From positions 1,143-65,142 of the forward strand of contig CAISYZ010000121.1 in assembly GCA_903889895.1 (NCBI GenBank): a DNA stretch of 64,000 nt, written 5' to 3'. Positions 51,640-60,700 of the stretch are shown here, piece after piece (position 1 is the first letter of the stretch; each line of letters opens with the position of its first letter). This DNA comes from an uncultured Verrucomicrobia subdivision 3 bacterium (lineage in GTDB: Bacteria > Verrucomicrobiota > Verrucomicrobiia > Limisphaerales > UBA11358). The translations under genes and the position numbers were made by a program. Below the pieces are notes generated by a model. The model did no database searches and was not told where the DNA came from. It was given only the letters and a program-made list of their open reading frames with translations.

Positions 51640-53754
51640 TCAGCCCAGCGTCTTGAGCCGGCGATCCAAATCTTTCCGGGTGATGAGGTCGATGACCTGC
51701 AAATGGTCGGGGTGCAGCCGGAAGAGCAGCCGGTAATCCGACCCGATCCGTTGCCGCATCACATTGGGCACGGCCTTGAGCCGGAGCGCGCCGACGAAAG
51801 CCGCCGGTTCGCCCGCCGCCAGCCGCCCCGCCATGATCATGGCGGCCCGGGCGACGGGACGCGGAAAACCCGCGAGCACCAGCTGAAACCCCTTGGGAAA
51901 CTCGATCAGCCGCACCGGGTGGACATCCACCGCATCCGGCGGCAGCAATAATTCGTCCTCGCGGTCCGGGGCTTCCGCCTCCTCGGGCGCCCCGGCGGCG
52001 GCGGCGTTTTGCTGCAGCGTTTCCAGGTGCGCGAGCGCCTGCTGCAAATCGCGCCGCAAATCATTCCGTTCGTGATGCCGTTCCTTGAGCGCTGATTTCA
52101 AGCCGTCCACTTTGCGCCGCAATTCCTTCAGGGCCGGCTCGTCCGCCGGATTGGGCGCAACGGGCGGCACGGGCTGGGCCGGGCCGGCGGCTTTCTGTTC
52201 CCGCCGGCTGATTTCCTTTTGCAGGCGCGCCAGGGATTCCTTGAGTTCCTGCACCTCCTGCGCCTTGGCGGCAAATTTCTGGCGGGTCGCGCGCAGTTCG
52301 GCCGATTCCTTTTTATGCGTATCCTCCGGTTCGGCAAAGCGCTGGTCGAACAGTTCCGCAATCGGGTCGTCCGGCGACAGGTTCAACTGGTCGCGCGTGC
52401 GCAGGATTTCCTCAAACACCCGGCTCGCCTGCTTTTGCGGCAGGATGGGGATGGCGCCGCGCCCGACGAGGATGCCCAGCGCGCGGAAGCGGGAATACAT
52501 CAGCGCGATGGCCGAACCCTCCAGCTCCGCCGGTTCGTCTTCTTTCAGGGCCTCGGTGGCGCTTTCATCCAGCAATTTGATCAGTTCCGCCGGGTCATCT
52601 TCGGCCAGCAACAGCGCCGCGCCCATGTAGATATCATCCGGCAACTTGACCGGGTCGGGATGAACTTTCACCAGCCGGCGGAGCGCGGCCTTGTGCCCGG
52701 CACGGGTGGCCAGGACCATGACCTGCTGCCACAATTCCTTGCGCTCCGGCGCGTAGCCGAGCAGTTCAAAGGCGGTGGCGGCCTGGTCGAACAGATTGCA
52801 GGCGGCGAGCCGCAAAAAATAAGCTTCCCGCAGCGCGGCGGGAATTTTTACGGGATCCAGGCGGGCCAGTTCATACGGCTCGATTTTTTCCAGCCGTTCG
52901 GCGGTCAGGTAATCCTCCAGTTTCGCGCAGAGCTCCTCATGCGTCACCCCGGCCACGTCGGAGGAATGGTGCAGCCGCGCCTCATCCTTGGCGATGCAGC
53001 AGTGCTTGTATTTTTTGCCGCTGCCGCAGGGGCAGCGTTCGTTGCGGCCCACGCGCGGCACGGCCCGCCGCATGGTCTGGCCTTCGGCCAGCGTCTGCTT
53101 GGGTTTTTCGCCCACGTAGTCCAGCATGGATTTCTGGTAACCCGCCAGGATCTGCGCGCTTAACTCCGGGGCACGCGCGTCGAAGTCCTGCCATTCCTTG
53201 GCCGACATGGAGGGAAACCGCTGCCGCAGCAACTGGATCAGCCCGGCATCTTGCGTCAGCCTCGCCAGCAGGCACACGAACGTAAAAATCTTCACCTCAT
53301 CGTCATCATGATTCTTTTGCTTCACCTGCCGGGCCACCGCCCGGACCAGCGGCATGAATTTATCCGGCAGCACGCCGCCACGATGATCCCGGCACCACGC
53401 CCACAGCAGATGCAGCGCCGCCGCCTCGCACCCCCGGTCCAGCCGCGTCGTCGTCAGCGCCGTGAGCAAGGGCTCCACGATGTCCCCGTGCATCCGCACC
53501 ACCACCCGGCCCATCCAGCCATAGTAGGGAAACATCATCGCACCGCCGGCCAGATGCCGCGCGTCCATCCGCCGGCCCGCGCCCGCCGCCGCCACGAACA
53601 CATACATGAACCACTTGAGATTCTTGGACGCCACCACCTCGGCCAGCAGTTCATCCAGCGCCGCGTCCTCCGCCGGCAGCAGCTTGATGGTCTGCTCCAC
53701 CACCGACAGTTGAAACTGGGTCTCCTCGATGAACTGGCTCAATTCAGGGCTCAT
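51640..53754 (-). CDS. SEC-C zinc-motif protein with helical repeats, a coiled coil and a C-terminal RelE/ParE-like domain
   Basis: [19 protein letters not shown]; coiled coil around aa 480-590; C-terminal [21 protein letters not shown]...[10 protein letters not shown] resembles the RelE/ParE fold. Confidence 0.75.
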   Translation of the reverse strand: MSPELSQFIEETQFQLSVVEQTIKLLPAEDAALDELLAEVVASKNLKWFMYVFVAAAGAGRRMDARHLAGGAMMFPYYGWMGRVVVRMHGDIVEPLLTALTTTRLDRGCEAAALHLLWAWCRDHRGGVLPDKFMPLVRAVARQVKQKNHDDDEVKIFTFVCLLARLTQDAGLIQLLRQRFPSMSAKEWQDFDARAPELSAQILAGYQKSMLDYVGEKPKQTLAEGQTMRRAVPRVGRNERCPCGSGKKYKHCCIAKDEARLHHSSDVAGVTHEELCAKLEDYLTAERLEKIEPYELARLDPVKIPAALREAYFLRLAACNLFDQAATAFELLGYAPERKELWQQVMVLATRAGHKAALRRLVKVHPDPVKLPDDIYMGAALLLAEDDPAELIKLLDESATEALKEDEPAELEGSAIALMYSRFRALGILVGRGAIPILPQKQASRVFEEILRTRDQLNLSPDDPIAELFDQRFAEPEDTHKKESAELRATRQKFAAKAQEVQELKESLARLQKEISRREQKAAGPAQPVPPVAPNPADEPALKELRRKVDGLKSALKERHHERNDLRRDLQQALAHLETLQQNAAAAGAPEEAEAPDREDELLLPPDAVDVHPVRLIEFPKGFQLVLAGFPRPVARAAMIMAGRLAAGEPAAFVGALRLKAVPNVMRQRIGSDYRLLFRLHPDHLQVIDLITRKDLDRRLKTLG

Positions 53755-53932
53755 AAACCGATGGCGGGGGTGAACGCAGATGACATGCCCGCTAGTATCA
53801 GCCCGGCCCCGGGCCGAATGCCGGTCTTTTTTGGCGAATTTTCCAACGCCAATTGTCCCGCGCGGCGGCGGCGGGAAAGGCGGCGGCGGAACGGCTTTAC
53901 CCCGAGCGGCGGCGGGCCGGCCAATTTGGCAA

Positions 53933-54076
53933 AAATAGCCCAGCCATTGATGGCTGGGTTACCGCACCGCGTTGGGGAAAAGTCCCGTGAGGGACGGCAG
54001 AAGGAATCTTTCGTCCCGGACGGGACTGGGGAAATTTACCGGGCTTTGCACCCAGCCTTGAAAGGCTGGGCTATTT
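53933..54076. repeat. Nested palindromic REP/REPIN-like element
   Basis: Outer inverted arms aaatagcccagcc(attgat)ggctggg and cccagcc(ttgaaa)ggctgggctattt; inner inverted pair agtcccgt...acgggact. Confidence 0.7.
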
Positions 54077-54146
54077 CCAAAGCCTATTTCAGGCCGATTA
54101 TCCCGAGCGGCACGGTGAGGGTTGGCACTAATTCAGTCAATGAAGG

Positions 54147-54914
54147 CTAAAGCTTGAAATCTGAAGCACTTTTTTCAACCTCATATTCATAGTCATTAAC
54201 CAATTGCTCGTAAGACAAAAATTTGACTCGTTTTGGCGCAACGATTTCTTGGAATGCAGCAGATTGAAGACGACTATCAAATTCCTTCCTCCGGTTTGCT
54301 GCGGATACAATTACCATTCGCGAATAGAAATCTTGCAGGTCATTAAACTTGATTAGCGAATTTTTCATGTCCGTTCCGTGCTCAACCTCAAAGAATGAAT
54401 TTGGCATCTTTCGCTCATTGAACCAAATCACGTCAACCGTGGAGCTGCGGTCAACGAGATGGTCATAGGAGAATGCCGGGATGGTCTGCAAGCTACGCAT
54501 CGAACCCAAAGATTCATTCAGAAATTTTTTATTCTTGTCCTGATTAGGAGACCAGCAATCCAATTTGCGCAATTTGCCAATGATGAGCAAAAGACCCTGA
54601 TAGTAGGTGTGACCAAAGGAAGCAACCTCGTTAGAATCTTTATTCTTGGCCGTCTCTTCAATCATCCCCTTCGATTCGTTATCGGTCTTTTTTGAAACCA
54701 ATCCATAGAGTCCTGGTTTGATTTTATAAATGGCCTTGTTGAGTTGGACAATGCGTCGAATGCTCGCCGTTGGCGTCTTCGTGCCCCAAGCACATTCTTT
54801 GATTTTGAAAACCTCGGAGTATAGCTGGCCCAGAGTTGCGACCCCACCAAGACTTTCCATCGTGCTAATTACCGCCTCATGCTGTGTCATGGAATAAAGA
54901 ATTACTCCGCTCAC
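54147..54914 (-). CDS. Putative restriction endonuclease: N-terminal winged HTH plus PD-(D/E)xK-type domain
   Basis: LGGVATLGQLY...KTPTASIRRIVQ (HARE-HTH-like); HTYYQGLL...VDVIWF...FFEVEH; AT-rich; directly downstream of an MTase. Confidence 0.75.
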   Translation of the reverse strand: MSGVILYSMTQHEAVISTMESLGGVATLGQLYSEVFKIKECAWGTKTPTASIRRIVQLNKAIYKIKPGLYGLVSKKTDNESKGMIEETAKNKDSNEVASFGHTYYQGLLLIIGKLRKLDCWSPNQDKNKKFLNESLGSMRSLQTIPAFSYDHLVDRSSTVDVIWFNERKMPNSFFEVEHGTDMKNSLIKFNDLQDFYSRMVIVSAANRRKEFDSRLQSAAFQEIVAPKRVKFLSYEQLVNDYEYEVEKSASDFKL

Positions 54915-54923
54915 AAATCAATG

Positions 54924-56324
54924 TCACGGCTTTATTCTCAAAATCTCCGTCTCGCATTTGACGATATGTGTGGTCTCGCGTTTCTTGCCGTTCGGCGTTT
55001 TCGCCCACGCTTCTTGCAGGCTCACATCCACGGTCGTATGCACCACCGCGCCGCGTTCCACTTGGGCAGCGGAAAGGAACACGAACTTGCATTCGTGATA
55101 AATCCTTTCGGTTGGCACTGCCGGTTTGTCGTCCACAACTGATCCTTTGATCGAATTTAAAAACAGATCAAGATCATTTTCGGTAAAAATTGCTACGGTT
55201 AGTAGCACTTGATGCTGACGCAACCAAATGTTGATTATTTCGCCATCAATGCGTTTCTCGGCAAGTTTGGCATGGTTGGCGTCGAGTTCGATACCGACGC
55301 AGCCGCGTTTTAATCTAATGGCCGCGACGGCCGTCGTGCCGCCGCCGAGAAACGGGTCGAGCACCAAATCGCCTTCGTTGGTGGAGGCCAGCAGGCAACG
55401 CTCTATCAGGGCCACGGGCTTTTGCGTGGGATGTTTGCCAAAGGTCTTCTCCGCCCCGCTGGGCGCGGTCATGGTCCAGATGGGGGAAATATCGAATTCA
55501 GAATTTCGAGTTTCGAATTCAGACTTCGCAATTGTCCCCGGTTCGTCATTCGCAATTTGAAATTCGGAATTTCTCCAGACGGTTTTCATCTGCTTGCCGG
55601 TCACCTTGCGCATCTCCTGATAGTTGAACCGGTGCTTGCTCTTTTCATTCTTCGCGGCCCACAAAACGGTCTCGGTGCTGTGCGTGAAGTAGCGGCAGGA
55701 GAGATTCGGCGGCGGGTTGGGTTTCTCCCACGCGATGTCGTTGAGCAGCTTGTAGCCGAGCTGTTGCAGGGCGTAGCCAATGGAAAAAATGACGTGGTGG
55801 GTGCCGGAAACCCAGAGGGTGCCGTTGGGCTTGAGGACGCGCTGGCAACGCTTGAGCCATTCCCGGTTAAACTCGTGGTTGAGTTCGGGTCCGCGGGATT
55901 TGTCCCAGTCGCCCTTGTCCACCTTGACCATTTTGCCGGCGTGGCAACTGATGCCGCCGTTGGAGAGAAAATACGGCGGGTCGGCAAAGATGGCATCGAA
56001 GCGGCCTTCGGGATATTTGGCGGCAATGGCATCGAGGAGTTCAAGGCAGTTGCCCTGATAGAGCCAGAGCGCGCGGTCGGGGTCGGCAAAAGCAAGCCGG
56101 GGCGGGTCCTGCGGACGGCCACCGTGCGGATGGTCACCATTTTCTGCTCGGTGGCTCGGTGGCTCGGTGGCTAACTGGATGCTGCCGTCGTCCTTGAGTT
56201 CAAAGGGCAGTGTGGCCACGGGTTGGCCGTGAACAAAGTCAGCGTCAGCGTTGGCGGGAGCCGGTTTTGGCGCCGGAGGTTTCTGGCGGTAAAGGGGTTT
56301 GTCGGATTTGGGCTTGCGCGGCAC
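54924..56324 (-). CDS. Beta-class N6-adenine DNA methyltransferase (DpnA/M2.DpnII-like) with N- and C-terminal extensions
   Basis: IFADPPYFLSNGG, KGDWD, WEKPNPPPNLSCRYFTHSTE, KQMK.VW, HPTQKP and LDPFLGGGTT motifs. Confidence 0.92.
   Translation of the reverse strand: MPRKPKSDKPLYRQKPPAPKPAPANADADFVHGQPVATLPFELKDDGSIQLATEPPSHRAENGDHPHGGRPQDPPRLAFADPDRALWLYQGNCLELLDAIAAKYPEGRFDAIFADPPYFLSNGGISCHAGKMVKVDKGDWDKSRGPELNHEFNREWLKRCQRVLKPNGTLWVSGTHHVIFSIGYALQQLGYKLLNDIAWEKPNPPPNLSCRYFTHSTETVLWAAKNEKSKHRFNYQEMRKVTGKQMKTVWRNSEFQIANDEPGTIAKSEFETRNSEFDISPIWTMTAPSGAEKTFGKHPTQKPVALIERCLLASTNEGDLVLDPFLGGGTTAVAAIRLKRGCVGIELDANHAKLAEKRIDGEIINIWLRQHQVLLTVAIFTENDLDLFLNSIKGSVVDDKPAVPTERIYHECKFVFLSAAQVERGAVVHTTVDVSLQEAWAKTPNGKKRETTHIVKCETEILRIKP
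55487..55575. repeat. 7-bp repeat tracts inserted in frame in the MTase
   Basis: atcgaat-tcagaat-ttcgagt-ttcgaat-tcagact ... attcgca-atttgaa-attcgga-atttctc; encodes RNSEFQIANDEPGTIAKSEFETRNSEFDIS. Confidence 0.7.
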
Positions 56325-56516
56325 GCCCAGATCAATTGATCAGAAGTGGGGATCGGATCAAGGCTAATCGGCGGGGGTGCGCCGGCCAAATTATGCGCTT
56401 GCCAAGCGGGGGCGGTTGGGCGAATGCTTTCCCGGTCTCCCTTGGGCCGGGCCGTTGGGTTGCGTTGGGCCGGGTCACGGGCAAATTCAATGCAATGGTA
56501 ATGGAAAGGGTCCTTC

Positions 56517-56918
56517 ATGAAATCATACATGGTGCTGCGAAAGGCGTTCAAAAAGGTCGGCAGCAAAGCCGTGGCGGCGGAACTGAAACTCTCCCCCTCG
56601 CTGGTCTATCAGTGGTCGCGCGGACGGGCGGGCCAAAGCGCCGCGGCCAATCCGCTGGACCGCGTGGCGCAACTGGTGGCGTTGACGGGCGATGCCGGGT
56701 TGCTGGACTGGTTGTGCGCGCAGGCGGGCGGCCTGTTCGTGCGCCCGGGGCAACTGCCGGCGCAGCTGAAGGAATATGAGCAGCTGTTGTTCACGGAGAT
56801 TGAAAACACTTTCAAGCCATTGATCACGCCGCCGCCAGCCCTGCCGCAAGGCGGGCCGCAATGTCCGTTCCGCCGGCGCGGTCGCCGCTGCAACTTTCCC
56901 CAGCCGGCGCGGAACTAA
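56517..56918 (+). CDS. Phage regulatory CII-like HTH protein
   Basis: SKAVAAELKLSPSLVYQWS HTH; ANPLDRV...LLDWLCAQAGGLFV. The C-terminus looks atypical. Confidence 0.65.
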   Translation: MKSYMVLRKAFKKVGSKAVAAELKLSPSLVYQWSRGRAGQSAAANPLDRVAQLVALTGDAGLLDWLCAQAGGLFVRPGQLPAQLKEYEQLLFTEIENTFKPLITPPPALPQGGPQCPFRRRGRRCNFPQPARN

Positions 56919-56932
56919 CTTCCACAACCGCG

Positions 56933-57268
56933 TCAGGAGCGGAGCATGGTGAGCAGCCTCTTGAACCGCTGGCTGGCCTTGACCGCGTGCGGTTGGCCGG
57001 CGGGCAGCAGGATCATCTCCCCGCCCGCCACGCGCTGCGGCTGGCCGGCGACCGTGATTTCGGCCGCGCCTTCGAGCACCTGCACCAGCGCCGCGAACGG
57101 CGCGGTGTGCTCGCTCAACCCCTGCCCTTCGTCAAAGGCAAAGAGCGTGACGCTGCCGCTGGGTTGCCGGAGAATCTCCCGGCTCACGACCGCGCCCTCC
57201 TGATAGCTGACGAAGCCGGCGGTCGGGGTCGGCTGTGCGGCGGGGAGTCCCTTGGCTTTGGTTTTCAT
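56933..57268 (-). CDS. Cupin-domain protein
   Basis: YQEGAVVSR, TLFAFDEGQGLSEHTAP and PAGQPHAVKA; start MKTKAK at 57268. Confidence 0.88.
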   Translation of the reverse strand: MKTKAKGLPAAQPTPTAGFVSYQEGAVVSREILRQPSGSVTLFAFDEGQGLSEHTAPFAALVQVLEGAAEITVAGQPQRVAGGEMILLPAGQPHAVKASQRFKRLLTMLRS

Positions 57269-57429
57269 AAATGGATGGGGCCGGGGCGTCCGGCTTCGGG
57301 CGAGCGGCGGCGACTGTCCCAGCGTAAGGCCCGCCGGCCGGCGCGTCAATGGCGGGGGCGGTCAGGCGGATGACCCATTGAAGGTTCCCGGCGACGAGGG
57401 CGTCGCCGCTACTTTGTTTTGCCGCGGTC

Positions 57430-57535
57430 TCCGAAAGGGTTGAAATGGATTCGGGGACGTGAACCCAGGGTAGCTCCTCGCCCGTCCGGCTCGGACCAAC
57501 CCCGGGCTGAAGGCTTTGAATCCCTTGCGGTGTAA
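57430..57535. repeat. Degenerate REP-like palindromic element
   Basis: aacccagggtag...caaccccgggct hairpin flanked by ggattc/gaatcc arms in an intergenic region. Confidence 0.4.
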
Positions 57536-57732
57536 CCTTGCACTCGCCCCTGCCCCACCGGGCGGGAATGGTTTTGAGCCAGGGTGCGGCGGGCAAGGCT
57601 TGGGTTCAAGGGCGGACATAATTCCCGAGTTCTCGGGATGGCAAAATATGCGAACCGGTGCATATTATCGGGCAATATCACCCTCATACGTTAAGCTTTG
57701 AAGCCACCCCAATATTGTTGAGAAGCGGAGAG

Positions 57733-60700
57733 ATGATTTACGCCTGGCAACAACGCATGCAAACGCCTGACCTTTTCCATCCCAAAACCAAGCTGGCGCG
57801 GCTGGGCCAATCCGTTCGCCCGGCCCGGCGGCGGGGATTGATTTGGTTGGCGCTGGCGATGGGCTTGGGCCTGTCAGCCGTGAGCGGCCGGGCGGCCACC
57901 ATCAACTGGGGCACGCCAGTAACCATCAGTGGCGACTCGGATGTCACCAATGCGGGCACCGGGATCGGCGCCTATTTTGAAGGCGGTGCCGGAGCGAACC
58001 AGACCATCAACGGCGTCACGTTCACGAACATGGGCGGCACGACGACGTGGGGCAACCTGACTTTCTCCGGCAGCGGCACGTTCGCTTACAACACCAACGG
58101 CATGGGCAACAACGTCGGCACGTTTGCCAGTCTAAGCGCCGCCTATTCCAACGCGCTTTCCGGGGGCATCTGGATCCCGGGCAACGCGGCGGTTACCGTG
58201 ACCTTGAATAATCTGACGGTCGGCCATCAATACACCGTTCAGTATTGGGCGAATGACAGCCGGTATCCCGGCGTGCAAACCAACCGCTACAGCACGATCA
58301 GCGGCAACTGGGGCAGCGGAAATAAACTGCTGTTCAACACCACCCATGTGGCCGGCGGCGTCGGCCAGTATGTGCTGGGCACCTTTTTGGCCGATGCGAC
58401 CAGCCAGGCGTTCGTCATCACCGGAGGCAACCTCACCAGCGGCGGTTCGGCCGACGCCCAAACCGCGGCCATTCAGGTGCGGGACAATGGCGCGTATGTT
58501 TACACCCCGCCGTCATTCACCGCGACGCGGGTGAATCTGGCCAAGTATCAACCGGTGACCACGGATTCCACGAACGGATCACAGGGCGCGCAGTTTATCA
58601 CGGACGGCCTGACGGTGAATGACAGCTACTGGCAGAGCGGTGGAGTCGCGCCGCATTGGGCGCAGGTGACCTTTCCGTTTCCGGTGCCGGTGGGCAGCGT
58701 CCAACTGGCCATGGGTCTGGACAGCGTGCCGCCGCCGACAATTTTCAAGTTGCAGTATTTGACCAATGGAACCTGGATGAACGTGCCCGGCACCAGCGTG
58801 GGCAGCAACACCAACAAGGAAGTGAACCTGGTATTCACCACGCCAATCACGGCGTCCTCATTCCGGTTTTACGATTCGCTGGACGGGAATGTTTATATCC
58901 GGGAAATGGCACTCTATCCGCCGAATGGCACGAATGGTTATCCCTTTGGGACGGATTTCAATATTGATCTGGCGCGCAAACAGCCGACCTATGCGACCGC
59001 CAATACCTATGGCAACTGGCCCTTGCTGGCCACGGACGGGCGGGTCAATGCGGCGTCCGCCTGGGAAACCACGCTGGTGGGGAGCAATGCCTTGCAGATC
59101 AACCTGCAGTTCACGAACACGATCGGCAGCGCCCATCTGTATTCCGGCGCGACGGGCGTGCCGCCGCTGACCAACTTTGTTCTGCAATACTGGACGGCGG
59201 GCGCCTGGGCGAATATTCCCGGCGGTAGTGTAACGGGCAACACCAATGGAGCGCTGGTCATTCCCTTCACCACGCCGGTGACGACAACCAAGGTGCAACT
59301 GGTGTTCACCAATGCCGGCGTGAGCGCGGTGCAGGAATTATGCATTTTCTCAGCGAACAGCAACGGCGGTTATCCGCTGGGCACCGGCGTGACCACCAAT
59401 CTGCCGGTCGCGGCGAAATATGATACTTACACCGACTCTTATTACTACTTGAGCAATTCAGCGACCGCCCAAGTAATCATCGAGAGCAACGGGGTGCCGG
59501 TGCCGGGCCCGGCGGCCGGGACGAACTGGGCCGGGCAATATCAGGTGCTGTTAAATTATGACAATGGCTCTTATCGCTTGATCAACCGCAACACCGGCCT
59601 GTGCCTGGCGGGGGCGCAGTTGACGACCAATGCCGGGGCAGCCTTGGTCGATGAGGACTATGCCGCGCTGCCGGATCAAGACTGGTTTTTACAGCCCATC
59701 GATGGCGTGAATTATTATCTGGTGAACCAATTCAGCGGGTTGGGGCTGGACCAGCAAGGCGGAGCGCTGGTGCAGAATGTCCCGACCAACCGCACCAGTC
59801 AATACTGGCAGATTTCCCCTGCCAAAATCTTCCCCAAGAAAGGCATCGCTGGCTCGTGGGGCGGTTATCCCGTCACCTTCGCCGGCAATTGGACTTATGG
59901 CTGGTGGTATGGCTCGAACCCGAATTTACCCGGGGTCAATTATTTTCCCATGGATCCCGACACTTGGTATCGCGGCAGCACCGTGGCGGGAAATCTATGG
60001 ACCTTGCAGCCCGGCTGGCGGAAGGCGGGCTATTCGTTGAATGTCATGGGCTACAATGAGCCGGACATGGTAGGCCAGGCCGATATTGATGCGACCAATG
60101 GCGCCATCTATTGGATGAACGATCAAAATCTGGATTTGCCGCTGGCGGGACCGGCGGCGGGCAATGTGAACGGCACCTGGAATCAAATATTCTACGGATA
60201 CATCACCAATTGGGGCTGCCACGTGGATTACCTGCCCGCCCATGAATACCCCGGTAACAATTCCAGCGGATCGTCCGGCATTTGGATCAACACCTTGAAT
60301 ACCGCCTACAATACCTATGGCATCCCCATGTGGATGACTGAATTCGGGGTGGTGGACTGGGGTGGCACCGGTTATTGGAACGAGGAGGATAATTACACCG
60401 CCATGGCCGAATTTTTGTGGCGGGCGGAAAGTGTGACTTGGCTGCGAAAGTATTCCATGTTTATTTTCAGAGGCGCCATGGCTACCAATCTGTGGACGCG
60501 AACCACGCCCGCTCCGACCTCAAACGCCTATGATACCAATGGCGTCTTGACTCCCTTCGGCGAACTCTATGCGGCGTGGGATGATGATGCGAACGTGGAG
60601 ACCAACAAGGCTTATTTTGTTTTCAACAGCAGCACGCGCAAACAACTGGCCAACCTGCTCGACCCGCAATATCCCGATGCCAAAAGCATTCTCGTGCGGG

